A stretch of DNA of 64,000 bases. Origin: the human T2T-CHM13v2.0 reference genome, Homo sapiens. The position numbers and the translations under genes are program-made. Below, piece after piece: positions 24,956-50,536 of the stretch. The notes beneath the pieces were generated by a model. The model did not search any database. It saw only the letters and a list, made by a program, of their open reading frames with translations, and was not told the origin of the DNA. Every line of letters starts with the position of its first letter. Positions within the stretch are counted from its first letter, which is position 1. Where the stretch lies: NCBI RefSeq assembly GCF_009914755.1, contig NC_060926.1; one strand, given 5' to 3'.

Positions 24956-25268
24956 GGCCGGGCACAGTGGCTCATGCCTGTAATCCCAGCACTTTGGGAG
25001 GCCGAGGTACGCGGATCAAAAGGTCAGGAGATCGAGATCATCCTGGCTAACACGGTGAAACCCCGTATCTACTAAAAATACAAAAAATTAGCCAGGCGTA
25101 GCAGCGTGCACCTGTAGTCCCAGCTGCTGGGGAGGCTGAGGCAAGAGAATGGCGTGAACCCGGGAAGCGGAGCTTGCAGTGAGCTGAGATCACGCCACAC
25201 TGTACTCCAGCCTGGGCGACAGAGCAAGACTCTGTCTCAAAACAAACAAACAAACAAACAAACAAAAA
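24956..25268 (+). mobile_element. AluY-like with TSD
   Basis: AluY diagnostics (gagatcgaga, gctaacacggtgaaacc, gaatggcgtgaacccgg, gcttgcagtg); TSD agaattataatgtacaa. Confidence 0.9.
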
Positions 25269-25299
25269 GAATTATAATGTACAACATAAACGTATTTTA

Positions 25300-25607
<308 letters not shown>

Positions 25608-25679
25608 ACTTTCTTCTTTAAATCAATTATATGGCCATTATTTATTTCATAAATAGGCATTCAGTGACTTTGAAATATT

Positions 25680-25995
25680 ATGGTCCAGATAGAGACAACA
25701 GGGTTGTACAACAGAAATATGTAGGTCAAAATTTTAAATATTCTAGTAGTGACACTAAAAAATATAATAGATTGGCAAAATTTAGTAATCTATAATCTTG
25801 ATCTACTACATCCAGAATGTTATTTCAACATGTGATTCATATAATAGTGACTAATGAGGTATCTTACACTCTTTTTTTGTAGTAAGTCTTTGAAATCCTG
25901 TGTGTATTCTACATTGACGGGACATCTCATTTTGGACTAACCACATTTCAAGTGCTCAGTATTCACATATGGATACTGTGCAGGACAGCACACAC
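25680..25995. mobile_element. hAT-Charlie DNA transposon relic (MER33-like)
   Basis: aattttaaatattctagtag, tatttcaacatgt, ccacatttcaagtgctc, ggacagcaca. Confidence 0.55.
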
Positions 25996-27712
25996 TAATT
26001 GGTAATGTAAATACAAGTTAGTTAAGATCTGTGAAGTACTTTATGGTTTCCAAAACTCTTTTGGCATTTAAATCTTGCGTCAGCCCCAGCAGGTAGATGT
26101 TTATCATTTCCATTTTGTAGAGGAGAGGCTGCAGCAATTACCTGTAAGTCACCCAAGCTCATCCAGCTAGTAAATGGTGAACTCAATTCTTGTCTTAAAC
26201 CTGGGCACTTTCCCTTTTGCTTGCTTGCCTAAACAAGCAATACAAAGACAAACTTAATATTTATACACATACGTCCCATGGCTCATTGCAGTAGTACAGG
26301 ACAGAAACAATTATTTCAAAATCCACCTACAATCTAGTCTCCAAAAATCCTGCCCAGTTTAATTGCACCACAATCTACTAACTGTAATTCTAAAAATGTG
26401 TATGTTGGATAATCTTCCAGCTCTAAAGTGCTGTGAATTAAAAAAATGCCATAGGCAGGCATAAAAAAATCCTACCCTCTATTATATTCTCCATCTGATA
26501 TAGAATATATGATATATATTCTATAAATGAATACATGATACAGAGTCTATCATGTAGTGATTTACTTTTTACTTTTGTGAATTACAACGTGGTAGGGTAG
26601 GAAATGAGAAAGCTTAAAAAGCCTAATTTTCTCACTAAAGCATAACCAGACACAGCAGCCTATTAGGGGTTTCTCCAGAAGATGGCAGGCAGTCAAGGGG
26701 GACAGAGTTCGACCCGCGACAGGCCAACTGATTTCCCCAAAAAGATGCCAAGGGCAGCTAACCGCCCTCCTGGCCCGCGAAGCTGCTCCTTGAGGGCCCA
26801 AAACTTCCCGGAGGAGCCAGAGGAGGCCCTCAGGAGCCACAGCTCTCCCTGACTTGGCCTGTATTTGCACCCCTAGGGATCCCATTCCCTTTCCCGACGC
26901 AGCGCAAGGAAGGGGAGCGGAATGGGGGCTGAAAGGCAATAAAAAACTTGTAAAGCCGTATCTGCTAGTTCTCCCAGTGGGCTATGTCCCTGCAAATATC
27001 CTCCACAAGAAGTAAACTGGGTGGGTAGGAAGAGGTGAAGGCTCCCTCCTCAGGGCTGCCGGGACCGCCTCGAGGGCTTGTCTGTTTAGGTCCCAATTCC
27101 TCCCGGATCCGTACATTCACACGAGCGCAGGGCAACAATCTGAGCGAGTGTTCGTGTGTGCCCGTGTGACTCGCCATCGCGTGGCAGATGTTCAGTAGAA
27201 CATTACAGTAATTTCTGTTACAGGTCCATGGGCGCAGGTCCCTGAGCCCACAGCTTCGCGGGGGTCTGGCCGAGCATGCGTCACAACCTACGCGGCCAAG
27301 AGCAGTGCGCACGCGCAACCTAACGCGGGACTGCCAGCAACTTCCGGGCGTTTACAGGCAGGCAGGTCAGTGATGTGTCCTAAGGGTCCGACCGACCTAG
27401 ATACCCCTCTTTGATTCCTCCTCTTGGGATTAGTGTCCATCTCTGGAAGCAGGATCCAGGAGGACGGGAGGGGCCGCTGCGGACCGCAGTCGCTCCACCT
27501 GGAGGAGACACCAGAAGGAAGACAGCCTGAGGGACGCAGCCATCCCCGGCTCCTACCGGCGCCCCGCCCCGCGCATGCGCACGCGCACAGGGAGTCAGCT
27601 GGCTGCGCGGGAGGTCACGGGAAGTGGGGCGGTGCCCAGACAGCTGGAGGGAAGGAGGTGTCAGGCGGGGAGAGACGCAAACGGCGGGACCAGCAGCGAC
27701 GGTAGCAGCAGC

Positions 27713-37537
<9,825 letters not shown>

Positions 37538-37643
37538 GGGGCTGGTCCCGGCTCCACCCCCTCCAAGCTCAGTGGACACTGGGTCTGAAAGGAAGGAGTC
37601 TTTTGCTTCCTTTCTCCTTTTTACAAAAACAAACATAGAAGAA

Positions 37644-37649
37644 AATAAA
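37644..37649 (+). terminator. NAGK: NAGK polyadenylation signal
   Basis: AATAAA about 107 nt after the stop codon. Confidence 0.8.
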
Positions 37650-38527
37650 TGCACTTTATCCACTCCCCAATTGGACTGCATTATCAAACACATGTGCTAT
37701 GTACATCCTCAGTGCACCTGCCAGCAGATATCCTGGAGGGCTCATGAGTGAATTTAGTCCAAGATTTAAAGCCCTGCCCCCAGGTGCTCAGCCTGTGATC
37801 TGTATCCACTCAGCATGCACTTGGGCAGATGATTTGTCTGTGTGCTACCCTTCCCCCCATATTACCATACATATGCACTGTGTGGCTGCCAGTTAATCTG
37901 TGACCTGTTTTCTCCTGTCGTGTCAAGTGGGTAACGATCCCTGGCGACCACAGTCAGCAGAAACAAGTGCTCACCATTCAGAACATCACAGGGAGTAACC
38001 TTAGGTATATCACACCCTCTCCTGAGACTCCCAGCAAGATTTAGGGGCTAGAGTACAATTCTAGACTGGGAGCATCTTTACCTCACTGGATTTAGTAACT
38101 GCAGGTAAGCAGGACATTTTGAAGTTTTTCCTATGAATGAGTTTTTGAAAGGTTATGAGGATGGCTGAGATCCAAGAAGACCAACTAGGTACCGCTCACC
38201 TCGGTAGCTGACCTATTCCTGGCTACTACTAGCCTGGCTCTGCTTACAGCGTGACACTATGTGTTGTGTGTTCCTGGGAATGAGGAGCATCAGTGAAGAG
38301 CAGACATGATTCCTGCCCTCTGGGTACCATAGTTCAGCCAGTGAAGGCAAACCTGAAGCTTCGGTTCCACAGCCTGTGCTGCTTGGTGAAGACTAAGGAC
38401 AGGAGTCTCGATCCACAATAGCTGCCTCTCCAGGTGTTTTATTAGAGGCATGTGGATCATGTCCTGCACATCAGTTCTCCAACTTACAGACATCAGTTAT
38501 TCTAGAGTTTGTTTTAAAACACGGTTT

Positions 38528-38887
<360 letters not shown>

Positions 38888-39714
38888 TTAAGGATGGGAT
38901 GGGGAATTTTCATTTCTATTATACTGAACAGCTTGAGTAATTTCTGCTGCAGAGGTCCAGCATCTGCACTTGAGGGAGTGCTATGCTACAGCTGGTAAGT
39001 TCTGATTAGGCCTTCTAAGACATCTTGAATACTATCTTGTTGCCCAAGTCGGATGATGCTGTTCTTTCACAGTGTAGCATTCACGTAGAACAGAATAGTA
39101 ACAGCTCTCCTTCCATCAGCTCTAGCCCAGTGCTGCAAGCTGGAGCTTTGAGCAATAAGAACTCCAGCCAGGTCCCTTCTGAAAGAACAGCCAGCCATCT
39201 TCACATCCAGCTATGACCAAATCACTGTGGTCTAGCACTCAGCAAGTCTCCAGTCCAGCACCTGGTAAAAAGCTTGCAGAGAGAACAAGGACACAGCAGA
39301 GGCATCTTTGCTATATCCCACAGTCTTGAAAAACTGTTAGGTTATTAATGAGTGGTGAGCTTTGGAGATTTTTTTAAATAATGCTCTCAGGATGAGGATC
39401 AAACAGCATTTTGGTGAAAAGAGTTTATAACTACTGAGACCTACTTATGTTCTTCAGAATATGGCCATCACTTTTCCTTAGAATTGTCTAGACTGCAATT
39501 CCAATTGGACAGTGGAGGTTTTAGTGGAGGAGCACATCTTGATTTTTTTAGTCCCAGCATAGAAATGTTGAAAAAAATGCTGAAAAAAGGTAGTATTAAA
39601 GTGCATAAGGTCAGATGTGTTCCTAGTTCCTGTCACATTTAGGAGATGTGATGAGGTCACTTCCCAGTTATTAAAGCTCTATTAGGCTGCAGTGCAGAAA
39701 ATCGCAAGTGATTT

Positions 39715-40442
<728 letters not shown>

Positions 40443-40651
40443 TAGTGTCCCCCAACAAACTATCAGAAGAAATTCATGGGATTTTGTATCACCAAGGCAT
40501 TAAGAGATGTATACAGTCCTCTCATCTGAGCCTGTAACAGCCCTGTGATGAGACAAGAGAGCTTGGAACAAGCATTGGAATGAGGCTAGCACTGCCTTAT
40601 CTCCCTGTGTGATCACAGGGATAGTACAGCTTCATCTGTCCCTTTCATTCA

Positions 40652-41288
<637 letters not shown>

Positions 41289-43004
41289 AATATATCATCC
41301 ACCTCTTCAGGGAAGTTACATTCTAATAAACCCTATTTACACAAAACTACATGTAACTATAGGATTTTAAAATGCTGTAAATAGGCAAGTCAGCTCAGGA
41401 TCCACCAAGCCCCCCGCCCCGCCCCCTTCCATTTTTAGGAAGGAGGCAAAGAAATGATAGGGCTCAGAGCAAAACCCATGGGTCCTGGGCTGGTCCCATA
41501 TCGTCTTTTATCATATGATAAAGCCCCTCAACAAATCACTGGGAGATCTGAGTGAGGTTTCAGTTTAAATAGGCATTGCCAAACCATAATCACAACAGCA
41601 GGGACTGTGGCTGCTTGGTAACCCCCGTAACCCTTGTGCCTAAGACAATGCTTGACATATAGCAGGATGTGAAACTTGTTCAATAGTTGAAAGGCAGATA
41701 TGGAATACTTGTTTTCTAGGTAGTAAGAGCCCCAGTTTTGCCCAGAAACAGGAAAACAAATGCCTAGTTTCCCTTCTAGCTCAAAGATGCCACTGCCTCT
41801 TTGTTCAGAGCTGTACATATCATTGCCACTATTGGCTACCATGTATTAAGTGCCTATTATGTGCCAGGCAGCATTTTAAAATTCTGTCATTATAGTTCCA
41901 GGGGAGAGGTGCTGCACCTTTACAAATAAAGAGGTTATTTGTAAATAAAATGCAGGCCAATGGCACAAAGTAGTGAAGGTGGAATTCACTCAGGTCTGTC
42001 ACTTCCAGCCCATGTTTTACTACTTTGTAACCCTATTTGGAAAGAAAACCGCAACTAAGATTATGACCCATCCTGACACAAAAAGTTTCACACATATACA
42101 CCACACATACCGCACACCCCCGCCCCCCACAGTATGATGGCACAGTGACCCAACCTTAGGCAAAAGGGTACCACTGCCAACAAATGCACTTAACATTTTA
42201 TTGAGATTCTCAACAGCTGCCATTTGGTTTGTATAGCAAATTTTTTACAAAGTAATTTTTTTCCATTTTCGATATTTTTATGAAAATTATTTTCTTCAGT
42301 TTTAAAGCCCTGTCCCTCCCCCAAAGAAGGATTAATAACTACCAAGTAATGATTAGGGGAAAAAAAGCAAAAACAGCTTTATAAACACTTGTGAAACAGG
42401 GGTAAGTGTCCGAAGTCAAGACCTTCTGGGCCCAGTGGAGGTGCTGGGCTGCTCCGGGACACCATCACCACTTCACCATCCACAACATCCTCAAGAGCTG
42501 AGCAGCCCTGCACAGACCCTGGGGGGCTTCCTGTTCCACAAGCTCCACTCCCTTTTTCCTCTCCATCTTTGCTGTTGGGCCTCCCCTCCAAATCTGCCTA
42601 ACAAAGGCAGCACGATCTTTAATGCCTGTGCAGCTTTGTAAGTGGAGCCAGGTTACTCTGTTTTGAAAGCTGAGATTCCCTGTCCAGTCTGGGGGAGGAA
42701 AAATTATCCAATGTAGCATGGATGGTTTCACTTTCTTGTCCACTCAGACACATGCTCATACTTATTAAATGGATTTATTGGATGCTTCAAAAGTCCTGAT
42801 GTGTAGTAGCACAAAAGTTCCTTGTAAAAAAAGAAGTTGCAAAATTATAAAAATTTCTGCAGCAGTTCTGGCTCTGGATGACAAAGCTCATTCTGATTAG
42901 TAGTTTTTTTGACATGCACAGCAGCTTCCCCTATAAGTCCTACGTTCGGAGGGTTCCGTTTAGACAACAGGAAGTTGGAATCCAAGTTTAAAAGGCTCTC
43001 TGCT

Positions 43005-43690
<686 letters not shown>

Positions 43691-43739
43691 GTTTTTTGTT
43701 TTTGTTTTTGTTTTTTGGTTTGTTTTGTTTTGTTTTAAG

Positions 43740-44077
43740 TGAGGCAGGAAAATAGGGTCTGGAGGCAGGGAACATAAGGCCAATTCACACTTCAGCTGCG
43801 ACAGGAAAGATCCTCTCCATAGGGCATAGACCAAGTAAATGACTTTGTAACTTTACTTCATCCTCCCATTTACATAGGGCTTACCCCAAGTAACCAATGG
43901 GATCCTCTAGAGGGTATTTAAACTCCCCAAAATTCTGTAACTATGCTTGGGCCCACTCCCACACTGTGGAGTGTACTTTCTTTTTCAGTAAATCCCTTCC
44001 TTCCTTGCTTTGTTTGTGCATTTTGTCCAATTCTTTGTTCCAGATGCCAAGAACCTGGACACCCTCCCCCAATAACA
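43740..44077 (+). mobile_element. ERV1 solo LTR (MER51A-like)
   Basis: TG...CA termini; tgaggcaggaaaatagggtctggaggcagggaac start; gtccaattctttgttccagatgccaagaacctggacacc end. Confidence 0.65.
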
Positions 44078-45371
44078 AAAGGACTCCCGCCTCCCAAACC
44101 ATCCATCAAGCATTAAACATTTTTGAAGGCTCACAATCAACAGGATAGAATAATTACTTAGTGATGATTTCCAAAGTGAAATATTTTACTGTTTTATAGT
44201 AAGCACATTTTAGTATCTGTACACCAGTAAAATGTTAAGATTTTATCTCATTTTTGTCATATTAGCCTAAAATATTTATTATTTTTATATAAAAGATAGT
44301 CAATAGGAAGGTAGGATTGGGGAGAAAACTTAGCAAATGTCACAAAGGAGACTCCTAGTAACAAAATCTGCGGGAGCCTTTTCTTTTAAAATAAAGATGG
44401 TGCATCTGTCCCTTTACAGATTTCTCTCCTGTCCCCTGGGACTGGGGAAGGTGAATCTCCTGCCTGACACCCTGTAGAGATTAGTGTATCCAGCTGTTCT
44501 ATTCCCATGATTCCTCTGAAAACCAGACTGACTGGGAATAGCAGTAGGGGTTTGGCCAGTGAGGGCAGGTGGCCAAATGGTGTGCAGGAAACTCGCATGT
44601 TTCCCTGGGTTGGCTTCCTGCTCCCCTGTCCCTGTCACCAATAGCAGCTTCAATATGGGAGACGATTAAAACAAAGGAGAAAAACAAAAAACCGTATCCA
44701 AATTATAACCAACCAAGTCTATGGAGGAAATTCACAAGGCAGCAGAGCAGAGGCTGCAGAGGTGCTCTGTCTACCGGGAGAACTAATGATCCCTGTGAGC
44801 AATGCAGGGTGCAATGAGTCACATGGGGAAATGTGGACAGAGGCAGAAGGACATCAAGGCCCCCACTGCACACCAAATTAGAGTCAATCCTCCTGTTCTC
44901 CCCACCCACTTCGCAAACTAATGACGTCCGCGTTATCCCAGAGGAGAGTGGCTAGGGACACTCAGTCCTTCCCAACATGTGGACATCTCCAAATCTTGGT
45001 CAAATCTGTCAGATTTCTAACAGTTTCAATACCTCAATATCACCTAAACTGAGAAAGATTATTAGCCCGTGATGGTGGGACCCTTATTGACGAAGGCCTG
45101 CCCCCTCCTCACAGTAGGGTAGACTCCTGGGTTCCCGATGGTTCAAGAGCCTGGGCTGTCATTTGTCTACCTGGGGTTTGCAGCAGCCCTAGTACAAGAA
45201 GATTCATTCGTACTGTTTACTTTGGCAGCCTCTTCACACAACTTTCCTCTCTAACACGTGTTAATTGTCAGAGTGTTCACCTCACCTCCTTACTTCCCAG
45301 CTTCTCCAAAGTCAAGGCAATAGCAATAAACAATTTGGAAAATGTTGCTTAGTATTTTAAGCCATGGTTAG

Positions 45372-45822
45372 TTTCATGCGCGTCCGTGTGAAGAGACCAC
45401 CAAACAGGCTTTGTGTGAGCAACACGTCTCTTTATTTCACCTGGGTGCAGGCGGGCTGAGTCCGAAAAGAGTCAGCGAAGGGAGATAAGGGTGGGGCCGT
45501 TTTATAGGATTTGGGTAGGTAAGGGAAAATTACACTCAAAGGGGGTTTGTTCTCTGGCGGGCAGGAGTGGGGGTCGCAAGGTGCTCAGTGGGGGTGCTTT
45601 TTGAGCCAGGATGAGCCAGGAAAAGGACTTTCACAATGTAATGTCATCACTTAAGGCAAGGACCGGCCATTTACACTTCTTTTGTGGTGGAATGTCATCA
45701 GTTAAGGTGGGGCAGGGCATATTCACTTCATTTGTGATTCTTCAGTTACTTCAGGCCATCTGGGTGTATACGTGCGAGTCACAGGGGATGCAATGGCTTG
45801 GCTTGGGCTCAGAGGCCTGACA
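45372..45822 (-). mobile_element. LTR7 (3' LTR)
   Basis: Reverse complement starts tgtcaggcctctgagcccaagcc and ends cacacggacgcgcatgaaa. Confidence 0.92.
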
Positions 45823-48599
45823 TTCCTGCCTTCTTATATTAATAAGAAAAATAAAACAAAATAGTGTTGAAGTGTCGGGGCAGCAAAAATTTTTGGGGGG
45901 TGATAAGGACAGACAATGGGCAATGTTTCTCAGGGCTGCTTCAAGCGGGATTAGGGGCGGCGTGGGAACCTAGAGTGGGAGAGATTAAGCTGAAGGGAGG
46001 TCTTGTGGTAAGGGGTGATATTGTGGGGATGTTAGAAGAAACTTCTGTCATATAGAATATTGGTTGGCCTGGATACGGTTTTGGATGAATTGAGAAACTA
46101 AATAGAATAACAGAAGGAGAAAAACAGGTATAAAAGGACTAAGAATTGGGAGGACCTAGGACATCTAATTAGAGAGTGCCTAAGGAGATTCAGCATAGTC
46201 CTGCCAGCAAAGATTATTTATTTACTTCAAGAGTTTAGAGTGGCAGTTTGGGGATAGCACCAGGAGATATCAGCTGTGATGGCTTGGAGAAACAGTGTAA
46301 ACCAGCAGTGTAAACAAGAGCAGGGCATGTATGAGTAGTTTAGAATGGTGAATAGGAGTATGACTAACGGATGAGGATGAAATTTGGGCTTGACTGAAGT
46401 AATGGGGGCTGTCTGTGAAGCCTTGCGGCAGTACAGCCCGGGTAATGTGCTGAGCCTAATGGGTGTCAGGGTCAGTCTAAGTGAAGGCAAAGAGAGGCTG
46501 GGACGAAGGGTGCAAAGGAATAGTAAAGAAAGCATGTTTGAGATCCAGAACAGAATAACAGGTAGTAGAGGGAGGTATTGAGGATAGGAGAGTATATGGG
46601 TTTGGCACCACGGGGTGGATAGGCAGAACAATTTGGTTGATAAGGCGCAGATTCTGAACTAACTTGTAAGCCTTGTCTGGTTTTAGGACAGGTGAAATGA
46701 GGGAATGGTAAGGAGAGTTTATAGGCTTTAAAAGGCCAAGCTGTAGCAGGCAAGTGATAACAGGCTTTAATCCTTTCAAAGCATGCTGTGGGATGGGATA
46801 TTGGCATTGAGCGGGGTAAGGGTGATTAGGTTTTAATGAGATGGTAAGGGGAGCATGATCGGTCGCCAAGGAGGGAGTAGAGGTATCTTATACTTGTGGG
46901 TTAAGATGGGGGAATACAAGAGGAGGACGCAAAGGAGGCTTTGGATTGGGAAGAAGGGCATCAGTGAGATGCGGCTATGGTCCAGGAATAGTCAGGGAAG
47001 CAGATAATTAGGTTAAAATGTCTCAGCCTAATAAGGGAACTGGGCAGGTGGGGATAACTAAAAAGGAGTGCTTAAAAGAGTATTGTCTAAGTTGGCACCA
47101 GAGTTGGGGAGTTTTAAGATGTTTAGAAGCCTGGCCGTCAATACCCACAACAGTTATGGAGGCAAAGGAAACAGGCCCTTGAAAAGAAGGTAATGTGGAG
47201 TGGGTAGCCTCCGTATTGATTAAGAAGGGGACAGACTTACCTTCCACTGTGAGAGTTACCCGAAGCTTGTCGTCCGTGATGGTCTAGGGGGCTTCCGAGG
47301 CGATCGGGCAGCGTCAGTCTTCAGCCGCTAAGCCAAGAAGATCTGGGAAGGAGTCAGAGAGCCTTGGGCCAGAGTTCCAGGGACTCTGGGAGTGGCTGCC
47401 AGGTGAGTTGGACAGTCCGATTTCCAGTGGGGTCCCGCACAGATGGGACACGGCTTAGGAACAATCCTGGGCTGCAGGCATTCCTTGGCCTGGTGGCCAC
47501 ATTTCTGGCACTTGCAGCAAACTCCTGGGGGAGAAGGTTCTGGAGGAACGCCTGGCCACTGCGGTTCAGGCATTTGGAAGTTCTTGTGTGCTGGAGATGT
47601 GGCTGGGATTTGTCTCACAGTGGAGGCAAGGAATTGCAACTTTTTTCTATTATTGTACGCCTTGAAGGCAAGGTTAATTAAATCCTGTTGTGGAGTTTGA
47701 GGGCCGGAATTTAATTTTTGGAGTTTTATTTAATGTCAGGAGCATATTGGGTAATAAAATGTATATTGAGAATAAGATGGCCTTTTGACCTTTTAGGGTC
47801 TAGGGCTGTAAAGCGTCTCAGGGTTGCTGTCAAACGAGCCATGAACTGGGCTGGATTTTTATATTTGATGAAAAAGACCCTAAACGCTATCTGATTTGGG
47901 ATAAAGAAAAAGGAGCATTAACCTTGATTATGCCTTTGGCTCCAGCCACCTTTTTAAGAGTAAATTGCTGGGCAGGTGGGGGAGGGCTAGTCACGGAACG
48001 AAACTGTAAGCCCGACCAGGTGTGAGAAGGGGAGGTGATAAAAGGATTATAGGGTGGAGGAGCAGAGGCTGAGGAAGAATTGGGACCTAGCTCGGCCTGG
48101 CGAGGAGGGGAGAGGTCAGATGGGTCTGTAGAAAAGGAAGATTAGAAAGACTCAGCGACGCTTGGGGTTGGTACTGAGGGGACAGGCGGGAGGGAAAGAG
48201 GGAAGATTTGGGATGAGTTGCACTGGGCACAGAGACTAGGAAGGGACTGATGTGTAAAAGAATGCCTGGACGTCAGGCACCTCAGACCGTTTGCCTATTT
48301 TACGACAAGAATTATTTAGATCTTGCAGGATGGAAAAATTCAAAGTGCCATTTTCTGGCTATTTGGAACTACTGTCGAGTTTGTATTGGGGTCAAGCGGC
48401 ATTGCAGAAGAAAATAAGGTTTTAGGTCAGGTGAGAATTGAAGAGGTTTTAAGTTCTTAAGAATACAGGCTAAGGGAGAAGAAGGAGGAATGGAAGGTGG
48501 AAGCTTGCCCACAGTGAAGGAGGCAAGCCCAGAGAAAAGAGTAGAGTCACGGAGAAGGGGTGGGGGTTTCTTGCCCTCCAGAAAAGCAGAGAAAGTGTT

Positions 48600-48767
48600 G
48601 GGGTACGGAAATAAGGGATTGGGGCGCAGAGATAAGAGGTTGGGGCGCAGAAATAAGGGATTGGGGCGCAGAGATAAGAGGTTGGGGCATGGAAATAAGC
48701 GATTGGGGTGCAGAGATAAGAGGTTGGGGCGCAGAGATAAGAGGTTGGGGCGTGGAAATAAGCGATT
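48600..48767. repeat. 21-bp tandem repeat (8 copies) in the HERV-H leader
   Basis: Units ggggcgcagagataagaggtt / ggggcg(c/t)(a/g)gaaataag(g/c)gatt. Confidence 0.85.
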
Positions 48768-49558
48768 GGGGGGTTCTTGCCCCCTAGGAAAGCGGGACTT
48801 GCCGCTAAGGGCGAAGGAGAAGAGGTTGAGGGGTACTTGCCCCTGCCCCAGGAAAGCGGGACTTGCCGCTAAGGGTGAAGGAGAAGGGGTTGAGGGGTAC
48901 TTGCCCCTGCCCCAGGAAAGCGGGACTTGCCGCTAAGGGCGAAGGAGAAGAGGTTGAGGGGTACTTGCCCCTGCCCCAGGAAAGCAGAGAAGGGGTAGAG
49001 ACAAGGAGAGAAGAGGTTGAGGGGTACTTGCCCCTCTCCCAGAAAAGCAGAGAAGGGGTAGAGACATGGAGAGAAGGGGTTGAGGTACTTGCCCCTTCCC
49101 CAGAAAAGCGGGACTTGCCGCTAAGGATGAAGGACCAAGGCAGGCGTCCCTGCGTGGTCTGACACCCTTGAAACGTGGCTGAATGATCAGAGAGGCGTCC
49201 CTGCAATGATTAAACACCAGGGGAAGGCTGCCTTCCCAATCCGTGACCGGCGCCGGAGTTTTGGGTCCACGAATAAAACGTGTTTCCTTTGTCTCTCCCA
49301 GAAAATGAAAGGAATTGAAATTAAAAGAAGGGAGAGATTGAAGAGTGGAAAGGACAAAGTGGTTGAGGGACAGTGAGAGAGGTTGGAGAAGAGAGTAAGA
49401 TGAGGCCACTTACCGAATTTGAAATTGGTGAGATGTTCTTGGGCTGGTCGGTCTGAGGACCTGAGGTCGTATGTGGATCTTTCTCATGGAGCAAAGAGCA
49501 GGAGGATGGGGGATTGATCTCCCAAGGGAGGTCCCCTGTTCCGAGTCACGGCACCAAA

Positions 49559-50011
49559 TTTCATGCGCGTCCGTGTGAAGAGACCACCAAACAGGCTTTG
49601 TGTGAGCAACATGGCTGTTTATTTCACCTGGGTGCAGGCGGGCTGAGTCCGAAAAGAGAGTCAGCGAAGGGAGATAAGGGTGGAGCCGTTTTATAGGATT
49701 TGGGTAGGTAAAGGAAAACTACACTCAAAGGGGGTTTGTTCTCTGGTGGGCAGGAGTGGGGGTCACAAGGTGCTCAGTGGGGGTGTTTTTTGAGCCAGGA
49801 TGAGCCAGGAAAAGGACTTTCACAAGGTAATGTCATCACTTAAGGCAAGGACTGGCCAATTACACTTCTTTTGTGGTGGCATGTCATCAGTTAAGTTGGG
49901 GCAGGGCATATTCACTTCTTTTGTGATTCTTCGGTTACTTCAGGCCATCTGGGCGTATACGTGCAAGTCACAGGGGATGCGATGGCTTGGCTTGGGCTCA
50001 GAGGCCTGTCA
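49559..50011 (-). mobile_element. LTR7 (5' LTR, promoter)
   Basis: Near-identical to 45372-45822 (about 20 differences counted by eye); TATA (cctataaaa) on -; followed by the PBS. Confidence 0.92.
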
Positions 50012-50536
50012 GTTAGCATTATAACCTTAATTAAAGAGACCCCAGGCTGAGGTGGCCCACCACACCCAGCCTATAATCCCAGCAATTTGGGAGGCTGAGG
50101 TGAGAGGATCACTTGAGCACAAGAATTTATGAACAGCCTGGGAAACACAGCAAGATCCAGTCTCTACAAGAAATTTAAATTTAAAAAAAAATTAGCTCTG
50201 CCTGATGGTGCATACCTGTTGTTCCAGCTACTCAGGAGGCTGGGCTAAAAGGATAGCTTGAGCCCAGGAAGATTGATGGAGTCTTCATGAATGAGATCAG
50301 TTTTCCTATAAAAGAAGCCTCAGAGAGCTGCCTTGCCCCTTCCACCATATGAGGATGCAGGGAGAAGCTACTATCCAAGGAGAAAGCACCAGCTAGAAGG
50401 AAGCTAACCTTCACCAAACACCAAATCGGCCCAGCCTCCAGAACTGAGAAATTTGTTTTTTTATAAGGTACCCAGTTTATGGTATTTTGTTTGGGCAGCC
50501 TAAATGGGCCAATGCAGTGGGTAAAATTTATGACAT

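Larger units (their letters stand above)
45372..50011 (-). mobile_element. HERV-H provirus (4.64 kb, internally deleted) with two LTR7s
   Basis: 5' LTR 49559-50011, 3' LTR 45372-45822, exact 5-bp TSD GTTAG (45367-45371 and 50012-50016). PBS TGGTGCCGTGACTCGGAA (49556-49539; 17/18 match to the tRNA-His 3' end). PPT next to the 3' LTR. Gag knuckles (CCKCQKCGHQAKEC, CPICAGPHWKSDC), protease FLINTEATHS and RT YSVLDLKHAFF. Confidence 0.95.
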
